DNA from: Nitrospirota bacterium
Lineage (GTDB): Bacteria; Nitrospirota; UBA9217
Length of the DNA stretch: 64,000 nucleotides
Direction: 5' to 3'
NCBI GenBank assembly: GCA_963845065.1
Contig: CAWJQQ010000009.1
Coordinates: 1,216,001-1,280,000, forward strand
The notes below the pieces were generated by a model. That model made no database searches. It had not been told where the DNA came from and worked only from the letters and a program-made list of their open reading frames with translations. The stretch's first letter is position 1. Each line of letters begins with the position of its first letter. The position numbers and the translations under genes were made by a program. Below, piece after piece: positions 53,347 to 63,283 of this stretch.

Positions 53347-53884
53347 GCGGATATTCTGTGTCTTTAAGGGGGTTAGGCGCCACGAGGAGCCGAAGATTTG
53401 CTGGTCCGCTGACGGTGGAAAAGGTCGTGGAGCTATCCAGTACAATAACCTTAATACTGATGGATGTCAGATGCAGTGAAAAAATGACATCGAACGAAAT
53501 AAAATTGCGACAATGGTCGGTATGATGGGAACGAAAAGGCTTGACGAGCAAAGTTCCTTTTCTCGTCGTAACACCACTATTTTCATGTGACAGTGACCTT
53601 TAACTGGGTATCCTATGTACCAAGTAACCTGCGTTATTGAACAATCACAACTCATCTGGCCTAAGAAACGACATAATAAGCCACTACTAAAAGCAAGAAA
53701 GCCGGATTCCACCTATGCACGGAATATTCCGAGAAGAGGTATATTAGACCTCAATGAAGTGGCCAGGGACAATAGGATACTTCTAAAATGCCTTGACCAA
53801 AAGCCTTTCAACTCCGCAAGCCCCTGGCTTTAGACATGGGGATAAGAGTTGTATTATACAACTTTTTGCTGTATAATATGCTGT

Positions 53885-54289
53885 ATGATTGATATAAAGA
53901 CGTATAAGTCCAATAATAATGTAGTTTACAGCTGTAAATATCATGTTGTGTGGTGTCCTAAGTACCGGAAGAGCGTGTTGACCGGCAGTATCGCCGGACG
54001 GTTGAAAGCAATTATCAGGGATGTGGTTTCCGAAAGAAAATCTGAAATTATTGAGATGGAGATAATGCCGGATCACGTACATTTACTTGTAGAGGTTGGT
54101 CCGCAGTATGGCATTCATCGGCTAGTCAAGCAGATAAAGGGCAGAAGCTCCAAACTGCTTCGTTCAGAATTCAAGGTTCTCCGGACCCGGATTCCAACAC
54201 TTTGGACCAACAGCTACTTTGTTTCTACCGTTGGTGGGGCGCCGTTGGCAGTTATCAAACAGTATATTGAACACCAGAAAGTTGTTTAA
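53885..54289 (+). CDS. tnpA: Y1 HUH transposase TnpA
   Basis: YHVVWCPKYR, DHVHL, KGRSS, LWTNSYF, YIEHQ. Confidence 0.95.
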   Translation: MIDIKTYKSNNNVVYSCKYHVVWCPKYRKSVLTGSIAGRLKAIIRDVVSERKSEIIEMEIMPDHVHLLVEVGPQYGIHRLVKQIKGRSSKLLRSEFKVLRTRIPTLWTNSYFVSTVGGAPLAVIKQYIEHQKVV

Positions 54290-54301
54290 TCAGGGAGTTG
54301 T

Positions 54302-55819
54302 ATGGAAAAGAAAACAACACCATCGTTTATCCATGAATTGTCTCTTCTGGTCAGTACATCTCAGGAGAGGATACTCCTCATGCGCATGGACGTGGCCCGG
54401 CAACTTTACAATGCCTGTCTTGGCGAATCTCTCAAACGCCTGGATCTCATGCGGGAATCCAAGCAATATCAAAAGGCACGCATTATACCCTATAAGGATA
54501 AGGGATTGCGTTCCGATGCATTTAAGGCTGTGAATGAGAAGTTCGGTTTTTCAGCATACAGCTTGCACAAGTATGCTGGTGCGGCAAAGAACGCCTGCCA
54601 CATCGGTGATCACCTGGATGTTCATACTGTCCAGAAAATCGCCACCCGAGCGTTTGATGCTGTCCAAAAATATGCCTTTAATAAAAGAGGCAGACCAAGG
54701 TTCAAAGGCAAGCATCAACTCTTAAGTGTTGAATCCAAGAGCAACGCCGCTGGCATGCGTTTCCGCACAGACGAAAAGCAAAGCCGTATCGAGTGGATTG
54801 GTCTTGAACTGCCCTGCTTATTCGACAAAAAAGACAAGCATGGCGTGCAGGCCCACGCCCTTTCCTGTAGGACAAAATATGTAAGGCTGGTCTGCAGGCG
54901 GATGCGCAGTAAAAACTACTTCTACGCCCAGCTAGTGCAGGAAGGGCTGCCGAAGCAGAAAACCAAAAACATCATCTCAGATGGTACAATCGCCCTGGAT
55001 CTCGGCCCGTCTACGTATGCTATTTATACTCATGGCTACGCCGATCTTCAGCAGTTTTGTAAAGAGCTGGAACCGCTCGAAAAGACCATTAAACGATTGC
55101 AACGGGCGCTCGATCGGTCACAAAGGGCCACAAACTCTGGGAATTATAACGCCGATGGCACAGTTAAAAAGGGTGCCAAGACCTGGACCAATTCAAAGAA
55201 CTATCAGACGATACAGACCGCAGTATCAGAACTTCACCGGAAACAAGCCGCGCAGAGAAAATCTCTTCATGGCAAACTAGCCAATGAAGTTTTAACACTG
55301 GGAAATCACATTAATCTTGAAACACTAAGCTACAAATCATTGCAGCGTAATTTTGGTAAAAGCGTGGGTTTAAGGGCACCGGGAACCTTTGTATCAATGC
55401 TTTCTCGCAAGGCTGAGAGTGCCGGCGGAAAAGTGATTGAACTCCCAACTCGAAAACTCAGGCTGTCTCAAACCTGCCATTGCGGAACAGTAAAGAAAAA
55501 ACCGCTCTCGCAGCGGCAACATATATGTGAATGCGGAGTAGCAGCCCAACGGGACCTCTATTCCGCATATCTTGCGTATCACGTTCAAGATGGTGTTCTC
55601 GATACAGCTGAGGCAAGTAGATACTGGCCGGGTGCGGAACCGCTCCTTAAACAGGCGGTATCGAGATTGCAGCAACAATCTGCGAATGCGAGGAGTGCTT
55701 TTCCTCTCAGCTTCGGTCTCAAACAACGTACTCGTTTGGGCCGGAGACAGAGCGGATCACCTGTGAAAGAAGACCATGCCAAGATCGATGTCCGGGAAGT
55801 TGTAGCTGCGAGCAGTTAA
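54302..55819 (+). CDS. tnpB: RNA-guided endonuclease TnpB (intact D-E-D)
   Basis: ALDLG, NLETL, CHCG..CECG, QRDLYSA. Confidence 0.92.
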   Translation: MEKKTTPSFIHELSLLVSTSQERILLMRMDVARQLYNACLGESLKRLDLMRESKQYQKARIIPYKDKGLRSDAFKAVNEKFGFSAYSLHKYAGAAKNACHIGDHLDVHTVQKIATRAFDAVQKYAFNKRGRPRFKGKHQLLSVESKSNAAGMRFRTDEKQSRIEWIGLELPCLFDKKDKHGVQAHALSCRTKYVRLVCRRMRSKNYFYAQLVQEGLPKQKTKNIISDGTIALDLGPSTYAIYTHGYADLQQFCKELEPLEKTIKRLQRALDRSQRATNSGNYNADGTVKKGAKTWTNSKNYQTIQTAVSELHRKQAAQRKSLHGKLANEVLTLGNHINLETLSYKSLQRNFGKSVGLRAPGTFVSMLSRKAESAGGKVIELPTRKLRLSQTCHCGTVKKKPLSQRQHICECGVAAQRDLYSAYLAYHVQDGVLDTAEASRYWPGAEPLLKQAVSRLQQQSANARSAFPLSFGLKQRTRLGRRQSGSPVKEDHAKIDVREVVAASS

Positions 55820-55943
55820 TGTAGCGAAAGGATGTAGCGGCTGGCCTTTGCAGTCGTGAGAGCCCGGAAGAGTAATTGGATAAGGTTTTCAGAACCCCTG
55901 GCTTCTGCCATGGGGAGGTTCAGGCTGTGATGTATATTAATAA

Positions 55944-55972
55944 TTGACTTCCCGTGCACACCTTGATACTAT
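55944..55972 (+). promoter_or_regulatory. sigma70 promoter for the pilM-like operon (probably leaderless)
   Basis: TTGACT-N17-TACTAT, 7 nt before the ATG at 55980, with no SD. Confidence 0.6.
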
Positions 55973-55979
55973 ACAAACA

Positions 55980-56921
55980 ATGTTGCATTTTTTCTTGAGA
56001 ACACCCCGTCTGGGAGTAGAAATTACCTCATCGACCATACGGGTCGTACTTTTGACTGGAAGCGGCGCAGACCTTAGCATTCTGCATGCAGGTATGTTAG
56101 ACCTGCCTGCGGGACTGGTGACAGAAAGCTATTCGTCAACCAATATTCATGACATTGATGCGCTGACGAATGTGCTGCGTCAATATCTCGCAGACGCTCC
56201 CGCTCAGACCGACCGGGCGGCGTTGAGTCTTCCGGATGGTGTGTTTCGAGTTCAGACGCTTGAATTCGAGGAACTTCCCACTAAGTCAAAAGACAGGGAA
56301 CGGCTGATTCGCTGGCGGCTGGAAAAAGCCGCGGCATTCGATATTTCCGCTACGGTTCTCCGCTATCAAGTGCTGCACCAGGGTGGGCGTGGTTTTACGG
56401 TGCTTGCCTGCCTTGTTAAACAGTCGGTACTCGAACAGTACGAGAGCGTGCTAACCCGGTTAGGGTTTGAAGCATGGATCGTCGGTCTTTCATCTTTCCA
56501 TATCCTAAATTTCTTTTCGCCTGTCATAACGAAGAAATCAACTGTGTTTGCCCTTGCCCATGTTGCCGATGAATCTTTTACCACAATCGTTACGGAGGCC
56601 GGAGGTGCGAGATTTTATCGTTATAAGGAACTGAAACGCGGCGGTGGCGAGATTAAGGCCAAGTTTGTACGCGAGATCGAGGATTCGCTTCATTTTTATA
56701 CTCACATGGACAGGGCGCAAATCTCGGAGGTAGAGCGTCTGTATCTTGCCGGCGAGTCAGCAACAACCTACGAGCTAGCGGATGAACTCCGTACAGCAAC
56801 CTCGCTAGATGTGGAGGTCCTGTCCCCGTCCACAGTTCTTACTGAAGCAAACAGGGAAACTCCCTCTTCGGCTTTGCCCATCTCCATGGCCGCAGCACTG
56901 GGTGCAGGGAGTGCATTATGA
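55980..56921 (+). CDS. PilM/GspL-like actin-fold assembly protein
   Basis: LGVEI.SSTIR, ALSLPD, LYLAGE, AAALGA. First gene of the operon. Confidence 0.75.
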   Translation: MLHFFLRTPRLGVEITSSTIRVVLLTGSGADLSILHAGMLDLPAGLVTESYSSTNIHDIDALTNVLRQYLADAPAQTDRAALSLPDGVFRVQTLEFEELPTKSKDRERLIRWRLEKAAAFDISATVLRYQVLHQGGRGFTVLACLVKQSVLEQYESVLTRLGFEAWIVGLSSFHILNFFSPVITKKSTVFALAHVADESFTTIVTEAGGARFYRYKELKRGGGEIKAKFVREIEDSLHFYTHMDRAQISEVERLYLAGESATTYELADELRTATSLDVEVLSPSTVLTEANRETPSSALPISMAAALGAGSAL

Positions 56922-57463
56922 TCTCGATAAATTTTGCTACAAGAAATTATCGACTTAACGCATTGATTACGAAAGGGTTGCTCATTGGAAGCGTTATTCT
57001 GTTGCTGACAGCGTCAGCGATGCTTTGGACGAGCTTTTCCCTGCGCAGCGATAATGCGATCATGGAAAAGAAACTGAAAGATGCAGAAGCGGCTGATGCG
57101 GAAGTAAAACCGTTGCTTGAAGAGCGTGCCAAACTGGTAAAGGATTTAAGCGCCATGTCCGGTCTCCTAGAGTCTCGCGGGTTCTCTTGGACGAAGTTTC
57201 TCACGAACATCGAGAGGGTAGTCCCGACCGGCGTAGCTATGAATCACATCGACTTCAACCCTAAAGATGGCACCTTATCTCTTGTAGGCGTAGCACAATC
57301 TCCGGAAGCGCTCCGAAATCTCATTGTAGGGCTCGAACGTTCGGTTTCATTCAGAGAACCGTTTCTAAAATATCAATCTCTGGAAAAGGGGAGTCTCTCA
57401 TTCAATGTCGTGGCAAGCTATTCAGACAGTAAAAGCACAACGGTGGCTCGCGGAAATCCCTAG
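56918..57463 (+). CDS. PilN-like protein
   Basis: INFA motif, TM, coiled coil, W...L..IE..VP..V. Confidence 0.8.
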   Translation: MISINFATRNYRLNALITKGLLIGSVILLLTASAMLWTSFSLRSDNAIMEKKLKDAEAADAEVKPLLEERAKLVKDLSAMSGLLESRGFSWTKFLTNIERVVPTGVAMNHIDFNPKDGTLSLVGVAQSPEALRNLIVGLERSVSFREPFLKYQSLEKGSLSFNVVASYSDSKSTTVARGNP

Positions 57464-57959
57464 GAAACTGCGGGTGGCCGCGCTAACGTTTGCCGGGCTT
57501 GTCTGCGTGGACCTCATCCTTTACGGTTTCCTCGTCGCGCCTTCCATGGCACAAATCAGGGCAGGGGAGAAACGGTACTGGGAGCTAAGAGAGCGTTACA
57601 CAGAGGCCGTACTGTTCAAGAAGCAGAAACCCTCCTTTATCGGAATTATGGCAGGAGTCCCTTCACAGAAGGACATGCCGCTTCTCGTTAAAGACTTGGT
57701 GCAGACGGCACGGAGCCTTAAGCTCGGAGTAGATTCGGTGAAGAACGACATGACGAAGCGTACGGGAGGAGCGCTTGCCATGGTTGCGTTCTCTTTTCCT
57801 GCTGAGGGCAGGTATCCTGAGATTAAGCGGTTTATCTATGACGTCGAGACCTCTGATAGACTTGTCGGGATCCAAGATTTGAAACTGGAGGCTAATCAGG
57901 GGCAAGTCAAACTCGATATGAAGCTAGTAACTTACATAAAAGGCAACGATATCCAATGA
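57405..57959 (+). CDS. PilO/GspM-like protein
   Basis: TM, coiled coil and a ferredoxin-like EGRYPEIKRFIY.VE segment. Confidence 0.78.
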   Translation: MSWQAIQTVKAQRWLAEIPRKLRVAALTFAGLVCVDLILYGFLVAPSMAQIRAGEKRYWELRERYTEAVLFKKQKPSFIGIMAGVPSQKDMPLLVKDLVQTARSLKLGVDSVKNDMTKRTGGALAMVAFSFPAEGRYPEIKRFIYDVETSDRLVGIQDLKLEANQGQVKLDMKLVTYIKGNDIQ

Positions 57960-58585
57960 CCTTTACCAGAGAACAACAGAAAATTACGCTGGGCGTTCTG
58001 TTGATCTTTATCGCGCTGGTCAACGGGTACAACTTTATGACCAGTGAAAAGCCGAAAACCGCGCCACTCATGTTTGAACCGGGCGCTGTGGCTAATTCGT
58101 TGGTGCGGCAGGGTCTGTTATCGCGAGGAAGCGGGGTCGACCCCTTGAATGTTTTTATGGAGCGGCACAATGAAAGATATCCAGGGGTCACACGGGATTT
58201 TTTCAGGATGGAAAACCCTGTCGTCAGGCAAAAACCGGCGCAAGTCTCAAAGGTCCAGATGGCTCCACCTCCGTTGCCGATGAAAACGCCGGAGGAGATC
58301 GCTGCCGAGGCATCGCGTGCCGATCTATCGAGGTTTAGCTTTCTCGGTTACCTTACCGATAAGGAGAGTACGCTTTTCTTGTCCAAGGATGGAGAACTCT
58401 TCATCGTGAAGAGAGGAGACCGGGTGTTGAAAAATTATAAGGTGAAAGAGGCTAACAAAGACTTTGTGATCATACTCGATACTGTCACAGGGGTGGCAAT
58501 GCGCATCGATATGTCAGGTAGCATTACGCAGGAGCAAACACCGCAGCAGCAGTTGCATCAACCCCAGCAGCCACTGGACCAATAG
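57956..58585 (+). CDS. PilP/GspC-like protein
   Basis: TM, RDFF, Pro-rich linker, FLGY...LFLSKDGELFIVKRGD. Confidence 0.65.
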   Translation: MTFTREQQKITLGVLLIFIALVNGYNFMTSEKPKTAPLMFEPGAVANSLVRQGLLSRGSGVDPLNVFMERHNERYPGVTRDFFRMENPVVRQKPAQVSKVQMAPPPLPMKTPEEIAAEASRADLSRFSFLGYLTDKESTLFLSKDGELFIVKRGDRVLKNYKVKEANKDFVIILDTVTGVAMRIDMSGSITQEQTPQQQLHQPQQPLDQ

Positions 58586-58869
58586 TCAACTCAAAGCCGC
58601 TAGCGCTAGAATGAGGACAAATCCCTGAGCCATAGATCCGGCGGGCTACCTGACGGGAAATAAATAAAATGAAACATAAGTTGCAGCAGAAATTATAGCA
58701 ACAACAATAAATGTATCAACGGATGGCTGCGTCGCTGCAGTATCATAAGGCCGTCTACTGTCGGACAAAACGGGAGAACATCGTGAATGCATGGTAGTCA
58801 TGAAAATGGCTTTTTCTCCTCTGATGCAGATTCGTTTGGATTTTTAGAATAGTTGAAGTGAGGAGGCAG

Positions 58870-61218
58870 ATGATGAACAGGATCATGCCCCAGCTTATTG
58901 CTGTCGTGATAATAGCGGCTCTTCTGGGCTGCGCAGCAGGCTCCCAGGAATTTCAGCGCGGCGAGCGATATTCCCAGCGCGGCGAGTGGGACATGGCCGT
59001 CAAAGAATATCGTGCGGCTAACAAGCACGATCCTCAAGACATCGAGTACCGCGCTGCTTTGCTGCGTGCCCAGGAAATGGCGGCAAATGAGCACCACAAG
59101 AGGGCACGAAGTTTTCTGCAGGAGCACAAACTCGATCAGGCCATCACGGAACTTCAGCAGGCAATCTACCTTAACCCATCCAACGCGGCTATCCAGAGCG
59201 CCCTTAAATCCGTTCTGAATATGAAAGAGGCGGAAGACCATTACCGCGCATCGCTTTCTTTCGTGGAATTGGGGAGGCTTTCCGACGCAATCAACGAGCT
59301 GAACCAGGCCGTTGAGCTGGACGCAGAGAATGTGAAATATCGCGATGCCCTCAACAAACTGGAGCAGCAAAAAACCGAAATGGAACCAGAGGACGCTCTT
59401 ACCCTGGTTTCGGACAAACCCATTACCCTGAACTTCAAGAACACCAATATCAAGGACGTCTTCGAGTTTCTGTCCAAACTTTCGGGTATCAACATTCTCT
59501 TCGACGAGGATGTAAAGGCACAGCCGGTGACTATCTTCATCAAGGATGTGTCGTTCCAGTATGCTCTTAATCTTCTTCTTTCAACTAACAAGCTTTTTAT
59601 GAAAAAAGTAAGCGCCGATACCATTATCGTTATTCCTAAAAGTAAAGCCAAGACGGACCAGTACCAGGACTTGATGGTTAGGACCTTTTATATCAATAAC
59701 GCCAAGGCGAAGGATATGGTTAATGTCATCAAGACCATGCTCGATTTGAAGAAAGTGTATGTGAACGAAGCGTTAAATTGCATTACTATCAGGGACACAC
59801 CCGAGAAACTGAAGCTGATCGAAAAGATCATAGTGGACAACGACCTCAAGGAGGCAGAGGTTATCCTCGATGTTGAAGTCCTCGAGATTGACCGCACCAA
59901 TACACAGACCTATGGATGGGACTTCCAGCCTGGTCTCAGTGTGTCCGGTACAATTCAAAACCCGACGGGGGCAACGAATGTACCGGCGTCTGGGACTGGG
60001 GTTGCCTTAAGCCAGATTTCAAGCAAAAATCTATTCGTGACACTCCCAAGCGTAGTGGTGAATCTGATGAAGCAGGATTCCGACGCCCAGACGCTGGCTA
60101 ACCCTCGCATACGAATTATGAGTAATAGAAAAGCAAGTTTTATGGTCGGTGACAAGATCCCTATCCAAACATCTACGATCCAATCCACGGCAACGGCCGC
60201 CGTTACCTCCACCTTCGAATATAAGGATGTCGGCATCAAGCTCAACATCGAGCCGATAGTCCACTTGGATAACACGGTGACGCTCAATTTGAAGGTGGAG
60301 GTCAGCACGCTGGGCAATCTGTTGAGTTTCGGCAATGGACAGCAGCAATATGAGTTTGGTAACCGGAGCACGGAGTCGATTATCAACCTCCGCGACGGCG
60401 AAACAGTGATCATAGGCGGTCTGATTCAAGACGATGAACGCAAGACGCTGACCAAGATTCCGATCCTCGGAGACCTCCCGGTGCTGGGCAGACTGTTCCA
60501 GAATAACGATAGCAGCGCGATCAAGACGGACATCCTCATGTCAATCACACCAAACATCGTACGCAACGTGGAGTTGCCAGGCAAGGACGCACAGTCCTTC
60601 TGGTCCGGTACGGAGGAGGCATACGACACGAAGCCGCTCTTCTTTTTAGCAGGAAAGAGCTCAAAGCCATCGGGAAAGCCCCTCGACAAAATTGCCGTGC
60701 TTGAATCGATGGCCAAACGGGGAACGCCAGCTGTATCGGCCCAAGGCGAAGTGCCAACACTGGCAACGGTTCCCACGGCTACCGGCGAGCTGTCTACCAC
60801 CAGCCCTGTACTTTTGGAAATCAAGCCTTCCGACGCATCTATGCAGCTAGGACAGGAGACGCGGTTCGATATTAAGGCGGATAAAATTAAAGACCTGTAC
60901 GGTGCGATCCTGACATTAGGTTATGATCCCAAAGTAGCAGAATTCGTTAATGCGAGCGAAGGAGGACTTCTCAAGTCTGATGGACAGCAGACTTCTTTCC
61001 TCTTCTCGAACAATATCAGAACGGGAACGGTGGACATTTATATGACAAGGATCGGCGATGTCGGCGGCGTAAACGGCTCCGGCAGTCTCTGCACCGTAGC
61101 ATTTCAAGGCAAATCTAACGGATCGAGTGAATTAGCTCTCCGGAGCGTGAAGCTCAAGAATTTCAAAAGGGAACCAATAAAGGCTGACCTGAAGAGTGCA
61201 AAATTGGTTGTGAAGTAA
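58870..61218 (+). CDS. Secretin (GspD/PilQ) with N-terminal TPRs and a C-terminal cohesin-like domain
   Basis: Lipobox LLGC, TPRs, ITLNFKNT N0 domain, LANPRI, YKDVGIKL, KIPILGDLPVLGRLF, then a beta-sandwich tail. Confidence 0.9.
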   Translation: MMNRIMPQLIAVVIIAALLGCAAGSQEFQRGERYSQRGEWDMAVKEYRAANKHDPQDIEYRAALLRAQEMAANEHHKRARSFLQEHKLDQAITELQQAIYLNPSNAAIQSALKSVLNMKEAEDHYRASLSFVELGRLSDAINELNQAVELDAENVKYRDALNKLEQQKTEMEPEDALTLVSDKPITLNFKNTNIKDVFEFLSKLSGINILFDEDVKAQPVTIFIKDVSFQYALNLLLSTNKLFMKKVSADTIIVIPKSKAKTDQYQDLMVRTFYINNAKAKDMVNVIKTMLDLKKVYVNEALNCITIRDTPEKLKLIEKIIVDNDLKEAEVILDVEVLEIDRTNTQTYGWDFQPGLSVSGTIQNPTGATNVPASGTGVALSQISSKNLFVTLPSVVVNLMKQDSDAQTLANPRIRIMSNRKASFMVGDKIPIQTSTIQSTATAAVTSTFEYKDVGIKLNIEPIVHLDNTVTLNLKVEVSTLGNLLSFGNGQQQYEFGNRSTESIINLRDGETVIIGGLIQDDERKTLTKIPILGDLPVLGRLFQNNDSSAIKTDILMSITPNIVRNVELPGKDAQSFWSGTEEAYDTKPLFFLAGKSSKPSGKPLDKIAVLESMAKRGTPAVSAQGEVPTLATVPTATGELSTTSPVLLEIKPSDASMQLGQETRFDIKADKIKDLYGAILTLGYDPKVAEFVNASEGGLLKSDGQQTSFLFSNNIRTGTVDIYMTRIGDVGGVNGSGSLCTVAFQGKSNGSSELALRSVKLKNFKREPIKADLKSAKLVVK

Positions 61219-61239
61219 TTAGCAAATGCGAAAATCAGT

Positions 61240-61761
61240 ATGCCCGATGGTACTGCGATAAACTCCATGTGGAAAACGCGGCGGAACGGTATCACTCTCA
61301 TCGAATTGCTCGTCGTCATTGCGATCGTTTCCATTTTAGCCTCGGCAGCGATGCCGCTCTCGCGTATGACCATAAAAAGAGCCAAGGAGATCGAACTGCG
61401 CAACAACTTGCGGATTTTACGCACCGCCATCGATGCCTTCAAGAAAGACTGCGATGGGAAAAAGTTGTCCATGGTGGAGGGTTATTGCGTGGCAGACCAG
61501 GACAATTATCCCGAAACCCTTGAACAGTTGACGCAGCCTCTGAAACTTACAGGTGATGTAGACAAAACCAGGAAATATCTTCGTAGGATCCCCAGAGATC
61601 CTATGACGGAGATAGAATCTTCCGACAACACGAACAATTGGGGCTTACGTTCCTACGCCGATGACCCCGATTCAAAACAGTGGGGCGGCGGGAATGTTTA
61701 CGATGTCTATTCAAAGAGCGAGGCCGTAGCGCTTGATGGAACGAAATACAATACGTGGTAA
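61240..61761 (+). CDS. Type II secretion pseudopilin (GspG-like)
   Basis: G|ITLIELLVV prepilin site, YP.TLE.L, YLRRIPRDPM. Confidence 0.9.
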   Translation: MPDGTAINSMWKTRRNGITLIELLVVIAIVSILASAAMPLSRMTIKRAKEIELRNNLRILRTAIDAFKKDCDGKKLSMVEGYCVADQDNYPETLEQLTQPLKLTGDVDKTRKYLRRIPRDPMTEIESSDNTNNWGLRSYADDPDSKQWGGGNVYDVYSKSEAVALDGTKYNTW

Positions 61762-61815
61762 GGGATAACATAGTTTAGAGAACAGAGACATGGCGGTGAG
61801 GGATGTAACAGAGAT

Positions 61816-62298
61816 ATGGTAAAACGGCCGAGAGTGAAGAAAGATCAGGGCGACGACGGACCGCGAGTTTATTATTCGGAATCCGGCATTTACACCCGGC
61901 ATTTCGTAACCCAATTGTGGAAGACTAATGGCTTTACACTTCTGGAACTCATGATCGTGCTCGCCATCATGGGAGTGCTAGTCTCCATTGCGCAGCCCAG
62001 CCTAAAGATTTCGATAGTCCGTGCCAGGGAAGCTGTTCTCCGGGAGGACCTGTTCGAGATGCGCGAAGCCATTGATCAGTATTATGCTGACAACGATAAG
62101 TATCCTCCCACGCTTCAGGATTTGATCAACCAGCAGGAAAAAACCAATAGTTATTTAAGAGAAATTCCCAAAGACCCCTTTACCGGAGCGAGCGACTGGA
62201 TCACGGTTGCATCTGAGGGCGAGGATAGTGGCGTGTTCGACGCACATAGTGCCAGTCCCCTGATTGCTTTAGACGGAACTACCTACAATTCCTGGTAA
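61816..62298 (+). CDS. Type II secretion pseudopilin (GspG/OxpG-like)
   Basis: G|FTLLELMIV, AREAVLREDL..MR.AIDQYY.D, YLREIPKDPF. Confidence 0.9.
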   Translation: MVKRPRVKKDQGDDGPRVYYSESGIYTRHFVTQLWKTNGFTLLELMIVLAIMGVLVSIAQPSLKISIVRAREAVLREDLFEMREAIDQYYADNDKYPPTLQDLINQQEKTNSYLREIPKDPFTGASDWITVASEGEDSGVFDAHSASPLIALDGTTYNSW

Positions 62299-62656
62299 TT
62301 TTTACCTCTATTCGGTTTGTTTGCTGAAGAAGCGCAAAGCGTACTGAATTCCCTTCTTTGAATTCTGTGACATGCTATCCTTTGTGACAGAACTTTGTGC
62401 ATATTATCACCCTCACCAAAACAGAGGTCGCTATCATTCGTGCCATTCATGGCGAATGTCTGGCAAAGTACAACAAACCAGTTTTTGGTGCCGATGCCGC
62501 TTTTGTCTGCCAAATCAATGTGGACTACCGCGTAATAAGAAGCAACCTGAACACATCCCGCAAATATGATGAAGATGGTGCCACTCTGGCATTCGAATGC
62601 TGGTCATTTCGAAAAAAAGCTTGCAACCTCATCGTAAAATCAGTAATATTACAAAC

Positions 62657-63283
62657 GTGAAAAAAATAAGGGATTTTGTAAAGAAATATTTTTTTACCGG
62701 CTTGCTTGTCATCTTGCCGGTATGGGCTACCTATTACGTTTTGTCAGAATTGCTTGGTGTGATCGATGGCATTTTAGGCGATCTCCCTGCGTATTTTCTG
62801 GGACACCGGTTCCCGGGACTAGGCATCATCACGCTCTTCTTATTCATTCTGCTCATCGGAATCCTATTTGCGAACTATTTGGGTAGCAGAGTCGTCAAGG
62901 TGAGCGATGAATTGCTTCATAAGGTGCCACTTGTCCGGGGCGTCTATTTCACCATAAAACATGTCATGGAGACCTTCTCCATGAAACACCAGTTCCATGG
63001 CGTGGCCATCGTCGAATATCCGCGTAAAGGCTGCTACAGCATGGGGTTTATGACCGGTGAAGTGCGGGGAGATGCTCTCGGCATCGCGGACAGGCTTATA
63101 ACCGTATTTGTTCCCACCACGCCGAATCCTACGGCTGGCTTTTTGCTAATACTTCCCGAAACAGAAGTCACCCGGATCAATTTGTCCGTTGAAGAAGGGA
63201 TGAAATTCATCATCTCGCTCGGGTTGGTCCCCCTAAGCGAGCTTCAGGCCAGCAAACTAAAGCATAACGAGGAGGTGCGTTAA
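62657..63283 (+). CDS. DUF502 membrane protein
   Basis: FFTGLLVILP, VEYPRKG, VFVPTTPNPTAGF. Confidence 0.9.
   Translation: MKKIRDFVKKYFFTGLLVILPVWATYYVLSELLGVIDGILGDLPAYFLGHRFPGLGIITLFLFILLIGILFANYLGSRVVKVSDELLHKVPLVRGVYFTIKHVMETFSMKHQFHGVAIVEYPRKGCYSMGFMTGEVRGDALGIADRLITVFVPTTPNPTAGFLLILPETEVTRINLSVEEGMKFIISLGLVPLSELQASKLKHNEEVR

Larger units (their letters stand above)
53798..55923 (+). mobile_element. Complete IS200/IS605 element
   Basis: TTGAC precedes the left end, which has hairpin cccctgg..catgggg. Then tnpA, tnpB and a right-end hairpin ending TCAG. Confidence 0.9.

Noticed and set aside
54302..55819. Nuclease-dead TnpB (TldR-like) regulator
   Set aside because: The RuvC D/E/D residues are all present and tnpA is adjacent.
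48743..55923. TnpB-like proteins as Cas12 effectors of a CRISPR system
   Set aside because: No repeat-spacer array or cas1/cas2 is visible anywhere in the window, and each gene sits within IS ends.
33722..55923. IStron (group I intron-IS fusion), suggested by TCAG ends
   Set aside because: The left ends are only ~90-110 bp before the first ORF, too short for a group I ribozyme core.
55924..55945. TnpB guides targeting other sites in the window
   Set aside because: By eye I found only short seed matches (e.g. gctgtgat) without the predicted TAM. The search was not exhaustive.
58583..58610. TAG recoding or readthrough
   Set aside because: TAG terminates several conserved genes at their expected ends (apgM, M16 peptidase, mutL).
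62300..62660. Short ORFs between the pseudopilin and DUF502
   Set aside because: No RBS or recognisable motif, and several overlapping frames are equally weak.
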